Shown here: piece after piece, positions 16,880 to 27,297 of the stretch
How the letters are laid out: every line of letters starts with the position of its first letter
How positions within the stretch are numbered: the first letter of the stretch is position 1
Assembly: GCA_963841435.1 (NCBI GenBank)
Contig: CAWJCS010000003.1
Span: forward strand, 1,152,001-1,216,000
Direction of reading: 5' to 3'
DNA length: 64,000 nt
Source: an uncultured delta proteobacterium
Lineage (GTDB): Bacteria; Myxococcota_A; Polyangia; Polyangiales; Polyangiaceae
Position numbers and translations under genes: made by a program
Notes under the pieces: generated by a model
The model's database searches: none
Seen by the model: only the letters and a program-made list of their open reading frames with translations
What the model was told of the DNA's origin: nothing

Positions 16880-18765
16880 TGGTTGACTCCTGCGGAGCGC
16901 GTCATGAGCGTGTTGGAGAGAGCGATCGAGCGCGCCAAATCGCTGAAGCTCTTCGTGCCGCTCGCGTTGAAGCCGGTCGCCACGGCGCCCGTCGCGCAGC
17001 CCGTCGTGGCCAGCGACGTGTCCGCCGTCGGCGGGATCTCGGCGAGCGCGTAGGCGAGCAGGTTGCTCGCGAGGCAGGTACCGAAGGCGCCGCTCGCCAC
17101 CAGGGCGTTCGCCATCTCGACGGGGCTCGTCACCATGACGCTGCCGGCGTTCTCGGGCAGCGTGGTCGTGGCGTCGATGGGCCTGCCCTGCTCGTCCATC
17201 GTGCGGTAGCGGCCGACGAGGTCGTAGTTCTCGAGCGACAGGCCGTAGGGGTCGAAGCCGGTGTGGCAGCCGTTGCACGGTGGCGTCGTCGCGCGATAGT
17301 CGGCGCGCTCGCGCTCGCTCGCATCCATGAGCACGGCCGCGGCGGCCGCAATCTTGTCCAAGGTGGCTTGATCGTCGGGGAACGGCGGGTTGTCGCCGCA
17401 GAGGATGGTGCCGTTCACGAGCAAGCCGCGACGCACGACCGACTCGGCGTCAGGGTTCGACTTTTCGGTGAGAAAGCCGCTCAGGGTCAAGAGGCCCGCG
17501 CGATCGGCCGGCAGCTGGATGGGAGCAAACCCGTCGGCATCGGGCGTGACGCCGGCAGGCGGAAACTGAACACCGTAGAGCGTGGCGATGTTCGAATTCA
17601 CGACCGTTTCGCGCGAGGTGAGCAGGCCGTCGAGCGGGCCGGACCAGAGGTTGTCCTGCAGGAAGAGCTCGGCCTCGTGATACATCGACGCGCGAAGGCC
17701 CTCGGTCCACGCCGGCGTCTTCATGGGGTCGATGTTCACGACCTCGAGCACGGGGAGCGTGAAGTACGCGAACATCGCCGCGGCGAGGTTCGTCTTCACC
17801 GGGTCGGTTGCGAGCAGGCGGTCGACCTGGCTCGCCACGTTGACGTTGCCGGCGGCGGCGGCGTCGAGCAGGGGCTGATCGGGCGGGCCGTCGGCGAGGA
17901 AGAAGGAGAGCTGGCTCGCAACCTCGTAGGGCTGGAGGCCGCCGGCGTTCGCTGCCGCGTCGCCGAACTCCGTACGATAGAGGAACTGTGGCGACTCGAA
18001 GATGGCGTACACGCTGTAGCGTACGGCCTCCTGAATGGTCATCTCCGTATCGGTGCCGCCGCCGGGGGCGATCGGCGTGTACACACCGTCCATCAGGCGC
18101 ATGGTCTCTTCTGTCGTCAGCGGGCGGCGGTAGGCTTCCTCGGCGAGGCGGGCGACGTACGCTCTCGCGCACGCGTCCGTGGGCGTCGCCGTGCAGCCGG
18201 TGACGGTCGCGAAGTTTTCGAACACGTAGTCGCCGAGGTCGTTGGCGATGTGATCGCCGGACTGCCAGTTCGCGTCGGTGATCGACGAGCCTTCGCGAGG
18301 ATTGGCGAGCGGCGGGAAGGTGCGATGGGTAAGATCGCCAATCTCGTAGGTCTGTGCGATGGCGTCTGCTTCGGCGTTGCCGAAGATGGAGCGGATCGAC
18401 GCGGCGATCTGGTTGAACGTGAGCCTTACCATCCGCTTCGCGGCGACGATGTTCCGACCCCGTGCAGCCGGGCGGGACCATGCCCGAGCCACCGACGCCC
18501 GAGCCGCCCGCGCCGCCCGCGCCGCTCGTCGAGCCGCCGGTGCCCGTGCCCGCGGTCGCGCCCCCGGTCGCCGCCGAGCCCGCCGAACCGCCCACTCCAG
18601 ACCCCGAGGCACCGCCGGCGCCGCCCACCGCGCCGGAACCAGTGGCGCCGGAGCCCGGGGGCTGTGTCGGATTACCGACGTCCCCGTGCAGGCGACCAGG
18701 AGGGCAGCGCCGACGAACCCTGTCAGGGCTCGCCACGGCGTGGGGAATGTTTTGGCTCTCGGCAT
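16876..18765 (-). CDS. DUF1592/1595/1588/1585-domain lipoprotein with one CxxCH (two compensating frameshifts at ~18683 and ~18452)
   Basis: Lipobox LVAC, RLT...I, AYRRPL, SPQFLYRTE, YEVASQLSFFL..GPPD, RAGLLT, RRG, CNGCH, DPYG..LENYD..GRYR. The G/S/T linker lies in a shifted frame. Confidence 0.85.
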   Translation of the reverse strand: MPRAKTFPTPWRALTGFVGAALLVACTGTSVIRHSPRAPAPLVPARWAAPAVPRGLEWAVRRARRRPGARPRARAPAARRAARAARAARASVARAWSRPAARGRNIVAAKRMVRLTFNQIAASIRSIFGNAEADAIAQTYEIGDLTHRTFPPLANPREGSSITDANWQSGDHIANDLGDYVFENFATVTGCTATPTDACARAYVARLAEEAYRRPLTTEETMRLMDGVYTPIAPGGGTDTEMTIQEAVRYSVYAIFESPQFLYRTEFGDAAANAGGLQPYEVASQLSFFLADGPPDQPLLDAAAAGNVNVASQVDRLLATDPVKTNLAAAMFAYFTLPVLEVVNIDPMKTPAWTEGLRASMYHEAELFLQDNLWSGPLDGLLTSRETVVNSNIATLYGVQFPPAGVTPDADGFAPIQLPADRAGLLTLSGFLTEKSNPDAESVVRRGLLVNGTILCGDNPPFPDDQATLDKIAAAAAVLMDASERERADYRATTPPCNGCHTGFDPYGLSLENYDLVGRYRTMDEQGRPIDATTTLPENAGSVMVTSPVEMANALVASGAFGTCLASNLLAYALAEIPPTADTSLATTGCATGAVATGFNASGTKSFSDLARSIALSNTLMTRSAGVNQ

Positions 18766-19106
18766 CGCGAGTCGTCTCCGAGTGACTGCGTTAAGGGTGC
18801 CCCCGCGGCGGTCGAACTCGATCACCAAAAGACTCATCATACGGTGGAATTCTGGGTCACACCCGCTCCACTCGCGTTTCTGGGTCGGATAAGGTGCGCT
18901 GCACGGACGAGATGCCACACTTCATGCATCGTTCTCGCAACCACGGCCCCAGCGAAAGGGGGCGCCCCATCTCGGTGCGAATCATCCGCGTGATCTCGCG
19001 CATATCGTGCGTTTCGATCGAGCCCGTCGTCCCGGGCCCGGTTGCCGGACGGGCACGACCAGCGGGCCCTGCGCGCCGCTGGATGCTAGGCCGGGCAGTA
19101 TCTGGG

Positions 19107-20150
19107 ATGTGGACGCGCTCGCGCACCTTGCCCCTGTGCCTCGCCGTCGCGTTCTGGGCGGCCGGCTGCGCGCCCCAGGTCGTGGATGTGGTCGAGGCGA
19201 ACCGCGGTGGAGCGGGCGGCGGCAGCTCGGGCACGGGAGCATTGGCCGGCGGGGGCGCCGGCTCGGGCGGGGCCGCGGGCCGACCCTGCGACGATCCCGA
19301 ACGCGACCGAGACGAGGACGGGACGCCCGATTGCTACGAGGACTGCCCCGACCAGCCCCTCAAGACCACGCCGGGCATCTGCGGCTGCGAGTTCCCGGAC
19401 GACGACACCGACGGTGTGGCGGGATGCGTCAACTTGCTGGACGTTCTCGTGCACCGGTATCCGTTCGACGGCACGGGCACCATCGTCGTCAACTCGAAGG
19501 GGAGCGCCGACGGCGTGCTCGTGGGTGGTGCCACGCTCGACGGGTCGGGCGCGGTGACGCTCGGTGGCGGCCGTCGCGGCGAATACGTCGACCTCCCGAA
19601 CGGGATCCTATCCGAAAACGCGTCCGTGACACTCGAAGCGTTCGTCAGGTGGTCGGGCGGCTCCCCGTGGCAGCGCATCTTCGACTTCGGTGACGACGGC
19701 AGCGGCACCGAAGGGAGCCGCAACGGGGGCGGGAGCTCGACCTACTTCTTTCTCACCACGCAGATACCCGATGACTCCGCCGAGGGACCGGTGGCACGCG
19801 TCGCCTACCAAAAGGGTGGGGGCGTAGAGGCCCAAGTGGACGCCAAGCGCGGCTTCCCCTACGGCGTCGTCACCCACGTCGCCGTGACGTTCGACTACCT
19901 GTCCAAGACCCTCGCGCTCTACATGGACGGCTCACTCGAGGGCGCCCATGCTTTCACGGGCGACAACGAGGTCCAGATCCGCCTCTCGGAAGTCAACGAC
20001 ATCAACTCCTGGCTGGGACGCTCGCTCTACGTGGCCGATTCCGATTTCGGCGGGCTCATCTACGAATTTCGTATCTACTCGCAGGCGCTCAGCGCCGAGC
20101 AGGTGCTCACGAGCTACCGGGCCGGCCCCGATGCGGCGTATCTGCCCTGA
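19107..20150 (+). CDS. LamG-like jelly-roll lipoprotein with thrombospondin type-3-like Ca-binding repeats
   Basis: Lipobox AAGC; DRDEDGTPDC..DCP...PGICGC; YVDLPNG, WQRIFDFG, HVAVT, LYMDG, EFRIY..ALSAEQV. Confidence 0.8.
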   Translation: MWTRSRTLPLCLAVAFWAAGCAPQVVDVVEANRGGAGGGSSGTGALAGGGAGSGGAAGRPCDDPERDRDEDGTPDCYEDCPDQPLKTTPGICGCEFPDDDTDGVAGCVNLLDVLVHRYPFDGTGTIVVNSKGSADGVLVGGATLDGSGAVTLGGGRRGEYVDLPNGILSENASVTLEAFVRWSGGSPWQRIFDFGDDGSGTEGSRNGGGSSTYFFLTTQIPDDSAEGPVARVAYQKGGGVEAQVDAKRGFPYGVVTHVAVTFDYLSKTLALYMDGSLEGAHAFTGDNEVQIRLSEVNDINSWLGRSLYVADSDFGGLIYEFRIYSQALSAEQVLTSYRAGPDAAYLP

Positions 20151-20193
20151 AGAAGCGCGTGCAGCCGATGGCGATCCCAGGCGAGCGCGGACC

Positions 20194-21288
20194 TCAGAGC
20201 ACGCCCGCGACGCTCGCGCTGACGAGCACCATGGGCGAGCCCGCCGTGGCCGCCTGCTCTCCCGCGATCCGGACCATCGTGCGAGCCCAAGCTTCGAGCA
20301 CCTCGGCCTGGAGGGACACGGCGAAGCCCGCGCCAGGCTGCAGCCAGATCCCGGCGCCCGCGCCCGTGGCGCCGGACCACGTGCGACGCGTGCGAGCGAC
20401 GTAGGGCGCGTCGGCGACGCCGTCCGTGTCGGTGAGATAGGCGCCGGAGCTCAGTGAGAGCAGGGGCTCGACCGCGCCGGTCGCGTTGAAGCGCGCGACG
20501 AGGCCGACGGTGCCGAGCCCTTGCCGCACGCGGGCCTCACCGCTAGCCGTGCTCGTGGTGGCTTGGCTGCCGAATGCGCTGGCGGTCAAGACGACGTTGA
20601 GCGAAACCGGTCCGTCCCCGAGCCAGGACGACGGAAGCGTCGCGCCCAGACGCAGGAGCGGCGCCACGGAGGAGGCCAGCCCTTCGAAACCGAGGAGCAT
20701 CCCCGCGCCCGCCTCGAGGCGAAAGCCGTCGCCTGGGCGCGGTGGAGGAGGAAGGGGCGACGGCGGCAGCGGGGGTGGCGACGACGGCGGCGTTTCGGGG
20801 CGAGCTTGCCGCGTCACGGAGAGCTCGGCGAGGTCCGCCTTGAGGATCTCCGCAACCTGGACGGCTACGCGCGCCGAGTCCTTGCCGGGATCGGCGGGAT
20901 CGACCGCGTAGGTGAGCACGAAGGTGCGGCGCAAGAGCCGATCCGAAAGCCAGATCTCCGCGCTGTGTGGGCGATCGGCCGCCGCGGGCGGATCGACGAC
21001 GAAGAGAACGGCCGCGGGCTGCAGCTCGCGCGCCGCGGTCTCGCTGAGTGTCTTCGGGTCATCCATCCCGCCGACTTGCAGCGTTACGACATCGAAGCCC
21101 GCGGCGCTGAGCTCGCCGCGCAGGCGCGCCCGCACCTCGACGGTGTTCGCCGCGTCCTCCGGCTCGAGCACGACGACACGGTGCCGGTACTGGGCGACGG
21201 CAGCGCCCGAGAACAACGAAAAGAGCGCGAGGAGGCAGAGCGAAAGGAGCCGCCGCGCGCGAGCCGCCGCGCGCGAGCCCGCGCTCAC
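20194..21288 (-). CDS. Exported hypothetical protein (third gene of the ECF/FecR operon), possible small C-terminal beta-barrel
   Basis: Signal peptide, Pro-rich hinge, Gly-rich amphipathic C-terminal strands. GTGA overlap with the FecR gene. Confidence 0.6.
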   Translation of the reverse strand: MSAGSRAAARARRLLSLCLLALFSLFSGAAVAQYRHRVVVLEPEDAANTVEVRARLRGELSAAGFDVVTLQVGGMDDPKTLSETAARELQPAAVLFVVDPPAAADRPHSAEIWLSDRLLRRTFVLTYAVDPADPGKDSARVAVQVAEILKADLAELSVTRQARPETPPSSPPPLPPSPLPPPPRPGDGFRLEAGAGMLLGFEGLASSVAPLLRLGATLPSSWLGDGPVSLNVVLTASAFGSQATTSTASGEARVRQGLGTVGLVARFNATGAVEPLLSLSSGAYLTDTDGVADAPYVARTRRTWSGATGAGAGIWLQPGAGFAVSLQAEVLEAWARTMVRIAGEQAATAGSPMVLVSASVAGVL

Positions 21289-22523
21289 GGAGCGGACGCT
21301 GCCGGATCCTCGGTGATCTTGCGTGCGGCGGCCGCGTAGGGCCCTGCCGGGAAGCGCACGAGGTAGTCGTCGGCAATCGCGCGAGCCCCCGAGGCGCCCC
21401 GCTGCTGGTAGGCGAGCATCATCTTGCGACCCAATGCTTGAGAGGCATACGTCCCGCGCGGGCTGTCCGCAAGATAACGCTCGTACCACTCGATGGCGCC
21501 CCCGCCCCCGTCTTCGGCGAGGCGCCCCAGGAAGAACGCCGCGTCCCGCGCGGCATTGGAGCTCGGAAAGCGCTTGCGTTCGGCCAGAAGCGCCCGCTTC
21601 GCGATGGAAGCGCGCCGCGCGTAGCGCGCGGAATCGGCCAGCGCGCCGATGTCGGCGAGCGAGGCCGTCGCCAGCGTTGCGTCGAGACCGCGCCGCTCCG
21701 CCAACTCGATGACCGAGGCGAAGTCACCCTGGGCCGCGCGGCGGGCCCAGTCGAGGGTCGCGTCGGCCGTGGCCGTGTCGCTCGGCGCGGCAGGCTCGCT
21801 CGCCGCGGTCTCCGCGGCGGGGGCGGCGGGGGCCTGCACGTCCGCGGTCTTTTCGGGGGCGGCGTTGATGCTGTTGACCACGAGCTGGCCGTCGCCGAGC
21901 GTCGTCTTGACGTGCTGGCCGGCGTGGAGCGCCATGCCGGCGCCCACGAGCGGCCCGCTCACGATCACGCTGCCGTGCTGCATCGCAATCTCGAAGGCCT
22001 GGTCGCGCTTCGACCAATGGAGCGAGAACGCCGTGCCGGTGACGCGCACCGAGTAGGGCCCGGCCGCGAGCGTCCAGGCGGCGCCCGGGCGGCGCGTGAT
22101 GGCGACGCGCGCCGTGCCGTCGTCGAGGCTCACGTGACCGCCGTTCTCGTCGAGGGTCTCGATGCGGGTGTCGGCGCCCGGGTCGAGCGCGAGCTGGGAG
22201 CCGTCGGAGAAACGGATGCTCGTGTGGGCGCCCGCGATGACGTGATCGCCGTTGACCACGGCGCCGTTGACGACGCGATAGGTGATGTCGTGCGTGCGCG
22301 TGGCGACGAAGGCGCCCGCGGCGATGGCGAGCATGGTGGCGGCCGCTGCGACCGAGGCCAGCACGCGGCGTCGCGTCTTGATGCGCGCGACCTTCACGGC
22401 GACCCTGGCGAAGCTCGCGTCGTCACGCCGGCCGGCGTCGCCCTGCAAACCTTGCCGGGCGAGCCGAGCGAACGAGGTGACGGCCCGATCGCCTTCCACG
22501 GGTGCCAGCCCTTCGTGGGTCAT
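21285..22523 (-). CDS. FecR-domain anti-sigma factor with C-terminal TPR-like helices
   Basis: One TM segment; FSDGS.LAL, V.LDDG, AGPYSVRVTGTAF; YERYL...PRG.YA. ATGA-coupled to the sigma gene. Confidence 0.85.
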   Translation of the reverse strand: MTHEGLAPVEGDRAVTSFARLARQGLQGDAGRRDDASFARVAVKVARIKTRRRVLASVAAAATMLAIAAGAFVATRTHDITYRVVNGAVVNGDHVIAGAHTSIRFSDGSQLALDPGADTRIETLDENGGHVSLDDGTARVAITRRPGAAWTLAAGPYSVRVTGTAFSLHWSKRDQAFEIAMQHGSVIVSGPLVGAGMALHAGQHVKTTLGDGQLVVNSINAAPEKTADVQAPAAPAAETAASEPAAPSDTATADATLDWARRAAQGDFASVIELAERRGLDATLATASLADIGALADSARYARRASIAKRALLAERKRFPSSNAARDAAFFLGRLAEDGGGGAIEWYERYLADSPRGTYASQALGRKMMLAYQQRGASGARAIADDYLVRFPAGPYAAAARKITEDPAASAP

Positions 22524-23164
22524 TGGGCACGGCCTCCGCGAAGCTCGCCCAGGTATTCCTTGAGGAAGGGGTCGCGACCAGCGAGCAACGAGACGCGCTT
22601 GTAAGCGCGGGTGAAGCAGCGGCGCGCCGTGGGCACGGAGGTCTGGAGGGCGGAGGCCACGTCAGCGACTTCCATACCCTCGATGTAGCGAAGCACGAAG
22701 GCGTTCCGGTCACGGGCTCGGACGCCGTCGAGGATCTTGTAGAAACGGAGCAGCGCCTCCCTCGACTCCGGGTTCGACTCGACCACCCGAATGTCCGGCA
22801 GCTCCGAGGTCGGGGAGAGCCCCACCCAACGCCGGACGCGGCGCCGGCGGAGCTCGTAGCTCACGTTGTGCAGGGTCACCGATACAATGAATGCCCGGAA
22901 GGCGGCCGGTTCGCGCAGTCGCGACGGTTTTGCAAAGAGGGTCGCGAAGACGTCCTGCACGACGTCCTCCACTTCCTGCTCGGGACCCAGGGACCGGCGC
23001 ACGATGCGGCGCACCATCGGGGCGAAACGCGTCCAGACGGCACGGGGCGCCGCCGGATGCCGGTCGATGAGCGCGCGGGCCAGCCCGGCGTCATCGAGCG
23101 CCGCCAGGTTGGCTACGCCGCCACTGTCGGGCGCCTCAAGTTCCACGACGGGGGTGCTGTCCAC
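22520..23164 (-). CDS. ECF RNA polymerase sigma-70 factor (start uncertain)
   Basis: Region 2 EDVVQDVF...FRAFIVSV; region 4 RNAFVLRYIEGMEVADVA..L.TSVPTARR. Confidence 0.9.
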   Translation of the reverse strand: MDSTPVVELEAPDSGGVANLAALDDAGLARALIDRHPAAPRAVWTRFAPMVRRIVRRSLGPEQEVEDVVQDVFATLFAKPSRLREPAAFRAFIVSVTLHNVSYELRRRRVRRWVGLSPTSELPDIRVVESNPESREALLRFYKILDGVRARDRNAFVLRYIEGMEVADVASALQTSVPTARRCFTRAYKRVSLLAGRDPFLKEYLGELRGGRAQ

Positions 23165-23529
23165 GGCCAAGGCGGAGACGGCACCAAAAAGGGCCGTGAC
23201 TCCCCAATCCTTGGTTCGTAACCCAGGAGGGGGGGCCTCGCAAGGCAAGCGCAGCACACGAGCAGTCACAACACTTAGTCGAGTACCCGGAGTGGGTAAC
23301 AGGCGATCAGGAAAGTTGAACGACTTCCAGTCTGCCGGAAACATGTAGGCACCTGTCGTTCGCCCGAAGAGCATCTTTTCGATTTTCCTGATCCGTTTCG
23401 CTGGACTGCGGACACTGCGATCCGCCTGGTGAATGTTTGCATTCCAGGCGGGGCGCGAGCGCAAAATGCGCAATCGCCCGGCCGCCCGCCGGCAGCGGAG
23501 CTCCGCACCGGAGCACCGCGAGCGGCGCG

Positions 23530-24653
23530 CTAGTCGCGCGGCTCTTGCTGCGTGGAGCAGTGCAAGGTCCCGAGCCCGAGCACCAGGTCGCGCGCGTGGA
23601 TGCCCACCACCTCACGCTCGGGGAAGAGCTCCCCGAGCACGCCGAGCGCGACGCGATCCTGCGGATCGTCGAACGTCGGCACGAGAACGGCGTCGTTCGC
23701 GACGTAGAAGTTCGCGTAGCTCGCGGGCAGCCGCTGGCGCTTGAACGCAACGGGCGCGGGCATCGGCAACGGAACGATCTCGAGGCGCCGGCCCCGCGCG
23801 TCGCGAGCGCCCGAGAGCCGCTCGCGCGCCTCGGACAACACGCGATGGTTCGGATCGCGACCGTTGGTTTCGAGTGAGAGCGCGATGCGTCCGGGCGCGA
23901 CGAAGCGCGCGAAGTCGTCGACGTGCCCGCCCGTGTCGTCGCCCGCGATCCCACGGCCGAGCCACAAGACCCGTTCCGCTCCGACGAAGTCGCGCAGCAC
24001 TTGCTCGGTGAGCGCGCGGCCGAGCTTGGGGTTGCGTGCCTGCTTGCCGTCGAGCAGGCACTCTTCGGTGGCGAGCAGCGTGCCCTCGCCGTCCACGTCG
24101 ATGGCGCCGCCCTCGAGCACGACGTGATACGGGCGGCGGCCGAGCGTGAGCACGGGCGCGAGCAGCGGCACGCCGGCCCACGTGGCCGCTGCGGCGCCGG
24201 CCTTGGCGTCGGCGTGGTGGTTTTTGTATTTGCTCCAGCCGTTGAAGCGCCAGCCGATCGCCGCGAGCGCGCCGCCGCGTTTGCCGCGCTTCGCGCGCTT
24301 GACGAAGGTCGGGACGAAGTCGCGCGTCCACGAGCGATCGGTCTTCGCGGTCACGAAGTCCACGCGAGAAAGGTTGACGCCCGACATGCCGAGCGCACCC
24401 CGCGCCGCCAGCCGATCGCGCGGGCCGCGCACGATCAGGCGCACCCGCTCTCCTCGCGTGAGCACGCGCGCGAGCTCCGCGAAGACCCAGGGGATGGCCG
24501 CGAACTTCCCGGGCCAGTCGGTGACCTCGTGCGGCCACGCGAGCCAGGTCGCGGCGTGCGGCTCCCACTCGGCGGGCATGGCGTAGCCTGCCGCGAAGGG
24601 TGTCGTTGACGTGCCGACGGCGGGCGCCGACTTTCGTCGCGGAGCGCGGGCGC

Positions 24654-24657
<4 letters not shown>
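23530..24657 (-). CDS. aguA: Agmatine deiminase
   Basis: MPAEWEPH..TWLAWP, WTRD, FNGW, LEGGAIDVDGEGT, DDTGGHVD, ASYANFY, GTLHCSTQQ. Confidence 0.9.
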
Positions 24658-25571
<914 letters not shown>

Positions 25572-25833
25572 GTGAGGGGCGCAAGCTAGCCCCAGCCGGC
25601 AGTCGCGCCAAGCCCGGGCGACCGACGCGAACCCGCGCGCACCCGTTCGTCACGTCGTAGAGCTTTCGGGGTCATGCCGCGCTGCCTCGGGCCGCGGCTT
25701 CGGGAGCGCGAGGGCTCAGGCCCTGAGATGGAGTCGAGTGCCGACCGAGCCCGTCGGCTCGGTGCGGTTGATGCCGAGCTCGCCCTCGGGGCCGCCGCCC
25801 GCCGCGGAAGTCGGGGCAGGCGCGTGCGCATTC

Positions 25834-25849
25834 TTGACACATCGGTCAA
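25834..25849. promoter_or_regulatory. TetR-type operator TTGAC-N6-GTCAA overlapping a TTGACA -35-like box
   Basis: Perfect 5-bp inverted arms ~20 bp upstream of the TetR gene. Confidence 0.65.
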
Positions 25850-25868
25850 CAAATGGCTCGATGGGCAC

Positions 25869-26465
25869 TTGTCCGGCCGCCCGCGAGAATTCGACCGCGA
25901 CCAGGCGCTCGACCGCGCCATGCAGCTTTTCTGGAGGCGGGGCTACGAGAAGACGAGCATGAGCGATCTCACCGAAGCGCTCGGCATCGGTCGCCAGAGC
26001 CTCTACGGAGCGTTCGGTGACAAGCGCGCGCTGTTCGTCGAATGCCTCGAACGCTACACGGACGACGTGCTCGAGCGCACGGTGATCGCGCCGCTCGACG
26101 CGCCCGGCTCCGGGCTAACGAACGTGCGCCGCACGCTCGACGCCTGGCAAGCGTACGCGGAGAGCGACGCGTTCCAGGGGTGCTTGCTCGGCAACTCGCT
26201 CGCCGAGCTCGGCATGCAGGATCCCGATCTCGATCGCGTCATCAAAAAGAAGCTCGATAGGTTGCGAGCGGCGTTCGAGCGCGCCCTCGCACGCGCCAAG
26301 ACCGACGGTGAGCTCGGTCGCGGCACCGACGCCGCGGCGCTCGCGCGCAGTCTAACGGCGTTCGCCCAGGGCGCGGCGATGGTCGCAAAGGTGTGGCGCG
26401 AGAAGAGCGCCATCCGCGACACGCTCGCGGGCGCGCACACGCTCATCGACGCCCACGTGCGCTGA
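25869..26465 (+). CDS. TetR/AcrR-family transcriptional regulator
   Basis: GRPREFD...AMQLFWRRGYEKTSMSDL...LGI.RQSLY.AFGDK, GCLLGN. TTG start inferred. Confidence 0.92.
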   Translation: MSGRPREFDRDQALDRAMQLFWRRGYEKTSMSDLTEALGIGRQSLYGAFGDKRALFVECLERYTDDVLERTVIAPLDAPGSGLTNVRRTLDAWQAYAESDAFQGCLLGNSLAELGMQDPDLDRVIKKKLDRLRAAFERALARAKTDGELGRGTDAAALARSLTAFAQGAAMVAKVWREKSAIRDTLAGAHTLIDAHVR

Positions 26466-26506
26466 GGCCCGGGGAAAGACGGCGAGCTACGACCTGCGGC
26501 CAATTC

Positions 26507-26522
26507 TGGAACGAATGGTCAA
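26507..26522. promoter_or_regulatory. Second TetR-type operator TGGAA-N6-GTCAA
   Basis: Same spacing, same GTCAA arm and same TTCT lead-in as 25834-25849. Just upstream of the AAGGAG RBS of the SDR gene. Confidence 0.55.
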
Positions 26523-26540
26523 AAACAAGGAGAAGGCACC

Positions 26541-27287
26541 ATGCGCTTGAAAGACAGGGTTTGCATCATCACGGGGGGGACGTCCGGGATCGGGCTGGCG
26601 ACCGCGCGCCTGTTCGCGCGCGAGGGCGGCCGCGTCACGACGACGGGCAGCTCGCCCGCGAGCGTCGAGCGGGCGCGCACCGAGCTCGGCGCCAACGTCG
26701 AGGTGGTGTTGTCGGACGCGCGTAGCGCCGACGCGAGCCTCGCGCTCGTCGCGGGTGTCACGAGCCGTCACGGAGGCATCGACGTGCTGTTCCTCAACGC
26801 CGGGCGCGCGCTCGTCGCACCCATCGCATCGATGGAGGAAGCGGCGTTCGACGACCTCTTCGCAACGAACCTCAAGGGACCCTGGCTCCTATTGCGTGCC
26901 GCCATCCCCCATCTGAGGCCCGGCGCCTCGGTGCTCTTCAACACCTCGATCGCGAACGCGTCGGGGGCCGCCGGGCTGAGCGCCTACGCGGCGACCAAGG
27001 CAGGCTTGAGGGCGCTCTCGCGGGTGGCCGCTTTTGAGCTCCTACCGCTCGGCGCGCGAGTGAACGCGCTGAGCCCCGGCCCCATCGACACCCCCATCGT
27101 TTCCAAGCTCTCGTTGCCCCTGGAACAGGAGCGCGCCGTGCGGCAGCACTTGCTCGAATCGGTGCCCATGGGGCGCTTCGGAACGCCCGAGGAAGTGGCC
27201 GAGGCGGCTCTGTTTCTCGTGAGCGCCGCGGGGTCCTTCATCAACGGCGTGGAGCTCGTGGTGGACGGCGGGGTCACGGCGCTCTAG
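26541..27287 (+). CDS. Short-chain dehydrogenase/reductase
   Basis: TGGTSGIG, LNAG, YAATK, NALSPGPIDT, VDGG. Confidence 0.93.
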   Translation: MRLKDRVCIITGGTSGIGLATARLFAREGGRVTTTGSSPASVERARTELGANVEVVLSDARSADASLALVAGVTSRHGGIDVLFLNAGRALVAPIASMEEAAFDDLFATNLKGPWLLLRAAIPHLRPGASVLFNTSIANASGAAGLSAYAATKAGLRALSRVAAFELLPLGARVNALSPGPIDTPIVSKLSLPLEQERAVRQHLLESVPMGRFGTPEEVAEAALFLVSAAGSFINGVELVVDGGVTAL

Positions 27288-27297
27288 GAGCCCCACG

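Noticed and set aside
8360-18690. Programmed ribosomal frameshifting or phase variation in the glycan locus
   Set aside because: No slippery heptamers or long SSRs at the shift sites, and the same indel type occurs in unrelated genes across the window.
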